Of a stretch of DNA of 64,000 bases, positions 57,962-64,000 are shown piece by piece. Under the pieces are notes generated by a model. It made no database searches. It saw only the letters and a program-made list of their open reading frames with translations, and was not told the origin of the DNA. The stretch's first letter is position 1, and the number at the start of each line of letters is the position of its first letter. This DNA comes from an uncultured delta proteobacterium (GTDB lineage: Bacteria; Myxococcota_A; Polyangia; Polyangiales; B10-G4): assembly GCA_963727445.1 (NCBI GenBank), contig CAVSGI010000006.1, forward strand, positions 256,001 through 320,000, read 5' to 3'. The translations under genes were made by a program, and so were the position numbers.

Positions 57962-59146
57962 ATGGCCGACGAAAAGCGCTCTCAGCTCACCACGGCGGTT
58001 CATGGCGGCGAGCCCCGACACCACCCTTACGACGCGCTGGCGGCGCCCATCGTCCAGACGGCGACCTACACCTTCGAGAACACCGCGGCGCTCGTCGCCT
58101 ACATGGAAGGTCGCTCCGAGCGCGAGGAATACGGGCGTTACGGCAATCCCACCGTGCGCCTGGTCGAGGAGAAGGTCGCGGCCCTCGAGGGCGTGGAGGA
58201 CGCGGCCGCCTTCGGCTCGGGAATGGCCGCGCTCACCACCACCATCCTCGCCTTCACCAAGTCCGGCTCGCACGTGGTGCTCTTCTCGGACTGCTACCGC
58301 CGGACCCGTCAGTTCGTCACCGGCGTCCTCGATCGCTTCGGTGTCACCCACACCCTGGTTCCGCCGGGAGACCTCGGCGCGCTCGACGAGGCCATCACCG
58401 AACAGACGCGCCTGGTGGTGAGCGAAGCGCCCACCAACCCGTACCAGCACGTCGTCGACCTGGATCGCCTCGCCGAGATCTGCCGCGCACACAAGACCAA
58501 GTCCCTGGTCGACAGCACTTTCGCCACGCCGATGAACCTCCGGCCCGCGGAGCACGGTATCGACCTCGTCGTGCACAGCGCCACCAAGTATCTCGGAGGG
58601 CACAACGACGTGCTCGGTGGCGTGGTCGCCGGCAGCCGGGCCATGGTCTCGCTGGTTCGGGATCTGAGGCACGTGCTCGGCGGCATCCTCGACGCACACG
58701 CCGCCTATCTGCTGCACCGCGGCCTCAAGACGCTGGCACTGCGCGTGGCTCATCAGAACGAGTCCGCCGCCAAGATCGCCGAAGCGCTCGAGCTCCATCC
58801 GCGCGTGACGCGCGTCTACTATCCGGGCCTTCCCTCGCACCCCGACCACGAGATCGCGGGGCGACTCATGGACGGCTTCGGCGGTGTGGTGAGCTTCGAG
58901 CTCGAGGGCGATCTCGCATCGGTGGGTCGCTTCGTCGACAGCTGTACCATCCCGCGCATCGGTCCGAGCCTGGGCGGTGTGGAGTCACTGATCGAGCAGC
59001 CGGCGGTGATGAGCTACTACGAGCTGGGGAGTGAAGGGCGCAAGGCGGTCGGCATCTCCGACACGCTGGTGCGTCTGGCGGTGGGCCTCGAGGATCCCGA
59101 CGAGCTCGCGGCGGACCTGCTCGGCGCCCTCGATCGCAGCATCTGA
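57962..59146 (+). CDS. metB: Cystathionine gamma-synthase / trans-sulfuration PLP enzyme
   Basis: YGRYGNPT, SGMAA, PTNP, VDSTFATP, HSATKYLGGHND and SLGGVES. Confidence 0.85.
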   Translation: MADEKRSQLTTAVHGGEPRHHPYDALAAPIVQTATYTFENTAALVAYMEGRSEREEYGRYGNPTVRLVEEKVAALEGVEDAAAFGSGMAALTTTILAFTKSGSHVVLFSDCYRRTRQFVTGVLDRFGVTHTLVPPGDLGALDEAITEQTRLVVSEAPTNPYQHVVDLDRLAEICRAHKTKSLVDSTFATPMNLRPAEHGIDLVVHSATKYLGGHNDVLGGVVAGSRAMVSLVRDLRHVLGGILDAHAAYLLHRGLKTLALRVAHQNESAAKIAEALELHPRVTRVYYPGLPSHPDHEIAGRLMDGFGGVVSFELEGDLASVGRFVDSCTIPRIGPSLGGVESLIEQPAVMSYYELGSEGRKAVGISDTLVRLAVGLEDPDELAADLLGALDRSI

Positions 59147-59234
59147 CCGCTCGTCCCGCGTCCGCGACCGTTCGCCCCATCGGCCCGAGAAAACACGCCC
59201 CTTCACGCGTTTCTTAGCGTGAAGGAGGCGCGAG

Positions 59235-60020
59235 ATGACCGAATGGAAGGCATGGCGAGCACATTTTGAAGAGAGCGCGACGCGACCGCGGCCGGTGATC
59301 GACTCGGCGGAAGGGATCCCCGAAGAGGCGCGTGCGGCGGTGGCCGCTGCGATGGCGCGCTTTCAACTCGGCGAGACGGGGGAGGGCCGAATCGCCCACG
59401 AGATCGACCGCGTGCATCTGCGTACCATCGACGACGACTACCGGGCTGCGCTCAAGCTCTTCGTCGCCGAGGAAGGCCGGCACGCGCGTATTCTGGGTGA
59501 CGCCGTGCGCGCGCTGGGTGGGCGCCGCGTCGACAAGAGCGCGAGTCAGAGCGCGTTCACCCACGGGCGGCGCCTCTTGGGCGTGCGGACCAAGCTGCTC
59601 GCGCTGCTGACGGCGGAGGTGGTGGGGATCGGTTTCTACGAGACGGCCGCCTCCCGCCTCGGCGACGGTCCCCTTCGTGCGGCCCTCACCCAGATCGCAG
59701 GCGACGAGGAGGCGCATCTTCGGTTTCACGCGCGCTTCTTTCGGGACGAGGTGCGAGGCGGCGGCCTCGCGGCGAAGCTCGCCTTTCGCGCCTCGTGGTG
59801 GCCGCTGGTGATGGGCGCGACCACGGCGCTCTTGCGGATCGAGCGCGAGACCCTCGCGGCCCTCGGCGTCGCGCCGTCCGAGCTCGGGCGCCGCTATCTG
59901 CGCCTCGCCGCCCGCGTCAATCGCGCGGTCGTCGGCGACGAAGCGGCGGTGGTCGTCGCGCTCTCTGCCTCCGAGCCCTACCGCAGCCCGAGCCGCTTGC
60001 GCAGCTTGCGCGCCGCCTGA
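59235..60020 (+). CDS. Ferritin-like (di-iron) domain protein
   Basis: FQLGE, EEGRH, AE and DEEAH ExxH pattern. AGGAGG RBS. Confidence 0.8.
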   Translation: MTEWKAWRAHFEESATRPRPVIDSAEGIPEEARAAVAAAMARFQLGETGEGRIAHEIDRVHLRTIDDDYRAALKLFVAEEGRHARILGDAVRALGGRRVDKSASQSAFTHGRRLLGVRTKLLALLTAEVVGIGFYETAASRLGDGPLRAALTQIAGDEEAHLRFHARFFRDEVRGGGLAAKLAFRASWWPLVMGATTALLRIERETLAALGVAPSELGRRYLRLAARVNRAVVGDEAAVVVALSASEPYRSPSRLRSLRAA

Positions 60021-60718
60021 CGCGAGATCTCGACCTGGTCGCCGCCATCGGTCACGGCCACGTAGCCGCCCGTCGGCTGGTCGACCAGGCGATCGATGCG
60101 CGCGAGGTTGATCAACGCGCGCCGATGCACGCGCTCGAAGGCGCTCACCGGGAGCTTCGACTCGAGGTCGGTCAGGGTGAGCTCGGTGAGGAGCGCTTCG
60201 CCCGCGTAGTACACGGTGACAAGCGAGCCGTCGAAGACGGCGTGGGTGATCTGGGTCGGGTCGAGGAGGCGCGCTCCATCGCGGGTGGGGAGGGCCAGAC
60301 GCGGCAGGTCGTCGCTCACCCCGCGGGTCTGTGGGCCCCCATCGGCGCGCGGCCGGTCCGCCGCACGCGCGCGGTCGAGGGCCTTCTTGAGCCGCCCCGC
60401 CTCGATCGGCTTGAGCACGTAGTCCACCGCGCCGACGTCGAAGGCCTCGAGGGCGTGCTCCGGATGGGCGGTGGTGAAGATCACGTAGGGCCCGTCGTCG
60501 GCGATCAGCGCCTTGGTCTCGAGGCCGGTGAGGCCGGGCATGTGGATGTCGAGGAGCAGCACGTCGACCTCGTCGTGGGCGTCGAGCGCCGCGAGCACCT
60601 CTTTGCCGTCGGTGCACTCGACGACGATGTTCACGTCGGAGAAGGCCGAGAGCAGACGACGCAGGCGCTTTCGTGCGACGAGCTCGTCGTCGGCCAGGAT
60701 CACGTTCAGCGTGCTCAC
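59978..60718 (-). CDS. LytTR family response regulator
   Basis: ADDE, LLDIHMP, FTTAH, DYVLKP and the LytTR motif FERVHRRALIN. Confidence 0.95.
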   Translation of the reverse strand: MSTLNVILADDELVARKRLRRLLSAFSDVNIVVECTDGKEVLAALDAHDEVDVLLLDIHMPGLTGLETKALIADDGPYVIFTTAHPEHALEAFDVGAVDYVLKPIEAGRLKKALDRARAADRPRADGGPQTRGVSDDLPRLALPTRDGARLLDPTQITHAVFDGSLVTVYYAGEALLTELTLTDLESKLPVSAFERVHRRALINLARIDRLVDQPTGGYVAVTDGGDQVEISRQAARKLRKRLGLR

Positions 60719-61767
60719 GCGCTCTCCTCCGGCGGGCCGAGCATGACGATCTCCACGCGCGTCCGCTCCTCCTCCGTGCCCGCGCCTCCGATGCTCAGCG
60801 ACGCGCGCTCACCATAGGCGAGGGCGAGGCGCCGTTCCACCATGGCGATGCCCTCGCCGCCCTCGCGACGGCCGGTATAGGGACCCGGGTTTTCGACGAC
60901 GAGCCGCAGCGTCTCCCCCCGCACTTCGACCTCGAGCAGGAGCTCCCCGCGATGGCCTTTGGCCGGGCCGTGCTTCACGGCGTTTTCGACGATGGGCAGG
61001 AAGATCATCGGCGGCACGCCGATCTCCGGGAGCGGATCGGGGACTCGGCGGACGAGGGTGAAGAGCTCCGGATCGCGGATCAGATGCAGGTCGAGGAGCG
61101 CGGAGAGGAGCTCGAGCTCCTTCGAGAGGGGCCAATCCTTCTTCCGCACTCCATCGAGGACGGCGCGAAGCATCGAGGACAGCTCGAGGGTGGCGCGCTC
61201 CGCGACCTCCCCGTCCTCGCGACACCACTCGGCGATCGCGTTCAGGGTGTTGAAGAGGAAGTGCGGGTCGAGGTGGCTGCGGAGCGCGAGGAGCTGTGCG
61301 CGCTCGGCCTCCCGCGCGAGGGTCTCGGCCCGGGTCTGCGCGTGGGTGAGGCTCTTCTCCATCTCGATGTCGCGCCCAAGTCCCCAGCCGCCGACCACGA
61401 AGAGGGCGAAGGCGACCGCGAGGGAGAAGCGATCCGTCAGGAAGGTCACGCCCATCCGAAGCGCGTGGGGCAGCACGTAGCCGCCGATCATCACCAGGAT
61501 GAAAGCGATGCCGAGGAAGGCGGCGAGGCGCACGAGGGGCGGGGATTGGTGCTCGCGCTCGGCGAAGAGAACCCGAAAGGCATGGGGCGCGACGAACCAG
61601 AACCCGCCCACCATCGTGAGGCCGACCGCGGTCGCCAGGTATTGGCCGCTGATGCGCCACTGGGCGACCAGGAGCGGGACCGCGAGGAACGCGACCGGCA
61701 CCAGGCGCCGGGGCGTGATCAACGCCCGCATCGTGCTGGTCCAGGTGGGGATCGCCGCCGTGCTCAT
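60715..61767 (-). CDS. LytS/YehU-type membrane sensor histidine kinase
   Basis: About 4 TM segments. LRSHLDPHFLFNTLN, PIVENAVKHG and GEGIAMV. Coupled to the LytTR gene. Confidence 0.93.
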   Translation of the reverse strand: MSTAAIPTWTSTMRALITPRRLVPVAFLAVPLLVAQWRISGQYLATAVGLTMVGGFWFVAPHAFRVLFAEREHQSPPLVRLAAFLGIAFILVMIGGYVLPHALRMGVTFLTDRFSLAVAFALFVVGGWGLGRDIEMEKSLTHAQTRAETLAREAERAQLLALRSHLDPHFLFNTLNAIAEWCREDGEVAERATLELSSMLRAVLDGVRKKDWPLSKELELLSALLDLHLIRDPELFTLVRRVPDPLPEIGVPPMIFLPIVENAVKHGPAKGHRGELLLEVEVRGETLRLVVENPGPYTGRREGGEGIAMVERRLALAYGERASLSIGGAGTEEERTRVEIVMLGPPEESA

Positions 61768-61851
61768 CGGATGCGATCGGAGCATGGCACGGCGGAGCGG
61801 CGAGGGGAGGGCCTCGCCGCCTGAACGGTCGTGGGTAGGGGGTGAGTGGCT

Positions 61852-62578
61852 GCGCGGGCGTTGCCCGCGCTTGGGGAGCGCTTCGCTACGGCGTCACACC
61901 GCCTTGTGCGTGGGGGACCGCAGTCCCGGCGGTGTGGCGCCTGCGCTGCGCGCGCCCTGCGCGCGGGCGTTGCCCGCGCTTCGTGAGCGCTTCGCTACGG
62001 CGTCACACCGCCTTGTGTGTGGGGGACCGCAGTCCCGGCGGTGTGGCGCCTGCGCTGCGCGCGCCCTGCGCGCGGGCGTTGCCCGCGCTTCGTGAGCGCT
62101 TCGCTACGGCGTCACACCGCCTTGTGTGTGGGGGACCGCAGTCCCGGCGGTGTGGCGCCTGCGCTGCGCGCGCCCTGCGCGCGGGCGTTGCCCGCGCTTC
62201 GTGAGCGCTTCGCTACGGCGTCACACCGCCTTGTGTGTGGGGGACCGCAGTCCCGGCGGTGTGGCGCCTGCGCTGCGCGCGCCCTGCGCGCGGGCGTTGC
62301 CCGCGCTTCGTGAGCGCTTCGCTACGGCGTCACACCGCCTTGTGTGTGGGGGACCGCAGTCCCGGCGGTGTGGCGCCTGCGCTGCGCGCGCGCTGCGCGC
62401 GGGCGTTGCCCGCGCTTCGTGAGCGCTTCGCTACGGCGTCACACCGCCTTGTGTGTGGGGGGGGACCGCAGTCCCGGCGGTGTGGCGCCTGCGCTGCGCG
62501 CGCCCTGCGCGCGGGCGTTGCCCGCGCTTGGGGAGCGCTTCGCTACGGCGTCACACCGCCTTGTGTGTGGGGGACCGC
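61852..62578. repeat. Tandem array of a 109-bp palindrome-rich unit, about 6.6 copies
   Basis: Units start at 61852, 61961, 62070, 62179, 62288, 62397 and 62509 (partial). They are near-identical, with no unique spacers. Confidence 0.95.
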
Positions 62579-62594
62579 CTGGGGGGCCGCTGGC

Positions 62595-64000
62595 TCAGCC
62601 GCCCGGATTCGTGGCGGCGGAGAGGACGTTGCGCGCTTCCTCGGCGCCCGGGCCGCCGGAGTCACGCGCCTTGAGGAGCAGGCCGGTCTCGCCCATCGCG
62701 CCGAGGATCTCGGCGGCGGTCGCGCGACGCGCGGCGTCATCGCCCGTGAGCGCGGCGTACATCTGCATGCGGACGAACTGCGGGCTCGCGCCGCCGGGGC
62801 CTTCCCAGCCCGACTGAAGGACGTTGATTGTCTTGAGCCAGGCGTAGGCGTAGCGACCCTCGCGGTCGCCTTCGCGGAGGATCTTGGAGGCGTTGATGCG
62901 ACGCCAGATGGCGCCACTCTCGAACATGTCCTCGGTCAGCAAATCGAACCACTCCGACTGCTCGTCCATGATGGCGAACTGGAGGATCTCCTCGGCGTCC
63001 GAGTCCTCGCCGAGGGCGGTGACAAGCGCGTGGGCAGCCTCTTCGCTGCCTCCGAGCGCGATGGAGAAGGAGGCCACGCGGCGGCCCTCTTCGTCGCCGA
63101 GGAGCGTCATGAGCCCGGCGTCGGCCTCGGGGTTCGCCCCATAGCCCACGGCGATGGCGACCGCGCGACGAACCGCCACCGGCGCTTCGCTGCCCATCAC
63201 CCGGATCAGCTCGGCGTTGAGCGTCGGCTGTGCCTTCTGCCAGAGCGCCTGCACGTAGTAGCGGCGCGCCGCCTCGTCGAGGGACTCGTCCTGCACCTTG
63301 GTGAGGACCTCCTCGAGCTGCTCGGGCGTGGCGGACCGGCCGATGGCGTGGGCCGCGTAAGCGCGAAGCTCGTAGTCGTCCATCGGATCCTCGACGACCT
63401 TCATGAGCTCCTCCACGGCTTCGGGGCGCCCGTAAATCTTCATGGCGAGGATCGCGCCCTTGCGCGTGCGCAACAGGTCCTCGTTCGGGATCGAACGCTC
63501 CGCCGCGTTGGTGGCGGTCATGTCCACGTCGGCGGGCCGCTTCACCATGTCGAGGAGACGGCGGAAGGCCGGCTCGTAATTCATGCTGGCGAGGGCCTGG
63601 GCCGCCGCCGGCGCGTCGACGCCGGTGAGCGCCTTCTCGATGCGGCGTGCCGCCTCGTCGGTGCCGGTCGCGCCGAGCGCGCGGATGATCGCTGCCTGGC
63701 GGAAGCAGCCAGCTGGCATCGTCGGATCGGGCTCGTCCGGGCAGGTGGGAGGCAACAGCGCGAGGAGCTCGCCGGCCGCCTCGGGGGGGCCGAGCTTCTC
63801 GAGACCGTCGAGGGCCGCGTCCGCAGCCGCCTCGTTCTCGCTCTGCGCCATCGCGATCAGACGGGGCACGGCGCGCGGGTCGCCGAGGTTGGCGAGCGCG
63901 ATCGCCGAGTCGTTCCGGATCTCCTCGTCCTCGCTGTTGATGAGGCCAGCGAGCGCATCAGCCGTGTCCGGATCGTGCGTCGCAGCGACCAGCCGCACGA
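62595..64000 (-). CDS. HEAT-repeat protein (5' end outside the window)
   Basis: Repeated R..AA.ALG..G...AV..L helical motifs over more than 460 aa. Confidence 0.85.
   Translation of the reverse strand, partial: VRLVAATHDPDTADALAGLINSEDEEIRNDSAIALANLGDPRAVPRLIAMAQSENEAAADAALDGLEKLGPPEAAGELLALLPPTCPDEPDPTMPAGCFRQAAIIRALGATGTDEAARRIEKALTGVDAPAAAQALASMNYEPAFRRLLDMVKRPADVDMTATNAAERSIPNEDLLRTRKGAILAMKIYGRPEAVEELMKVVEDPMDDYELRAYAAHAIGRSATPEQLEEVLTKVQDESLDEAARRYYVQALWQKAQPTLNAELIRVMGSEAPVAVRRAVAIAVGYGANPEADAGLMTLLGDEEGRRVASFSIALGGSEEAAHALVTALGEDSDAEEILQFAIMDEQSEWFDLLTEDMFESGAIWRRINASKILREGDREGRYAYAWLKTINVLQSGWEGPGGASPQFVRMQMYAALTGDDAARRATAAEILGAMGETGLLLKARDSGGPGAEEARNVLSAATNPGG

Noticed and set aside
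61852..62578. CRISPR array or repeat-encoded peptides
   Set aside because: The units are contiguous and near-identical, with no unique spacers and no cas genes. The 109-bp period is not a multiple of 3, so the ORFs here just cycle through frames.

Overview
A very GC-rich (roughly 70%) bacterial chromosomal segment with about 60 densely packed protein genes. No rRNA, tRNA, CRISPR array, integrase or transposase was recognised. The gene content (two Ser/Thr kinases, RCC1-repeat, TSP3/OmpA, Cys-rich, C-type-lectin and lamin-tail lipoproteins, a MinD-J-HTH fusion, a split nuo cluster) suggests a myxobacterium; this is an inference. Housekeeping genes include crcB, glnB-glnA, psd, tonB-exbD-exbB, truD, recD2, maf, yggS, proC, pepP, nuoABCD-G-H-I, ppx, arfB, a metB-like gene and a LytS/LytTR pair. 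Four observations stand out. (1) An intact PurA homologue keeps its GTP-binding motifs but has lost the catalytic His and most IMP- and aspartate-binding residues; it lies next to a LplA-like protein that lacks the usual catalytic Lys. (2) Five of six frameshifted genes are repaired by the same edit, + strand GAATC to GATC, probably a base-calling signature of GATC modification. (3) A 109-bp, multi-hairpin tandem array of about 6.6 copies lies upstream of the LytS/LytTR pair. (4) An intergenic element has a perfect 28-bp inverted repeat between two direct repeats. NuoH also carries an insertion of about 95 aa with two hydrophobic segments. All family calls come from motif recognition by eye; no searches were run.
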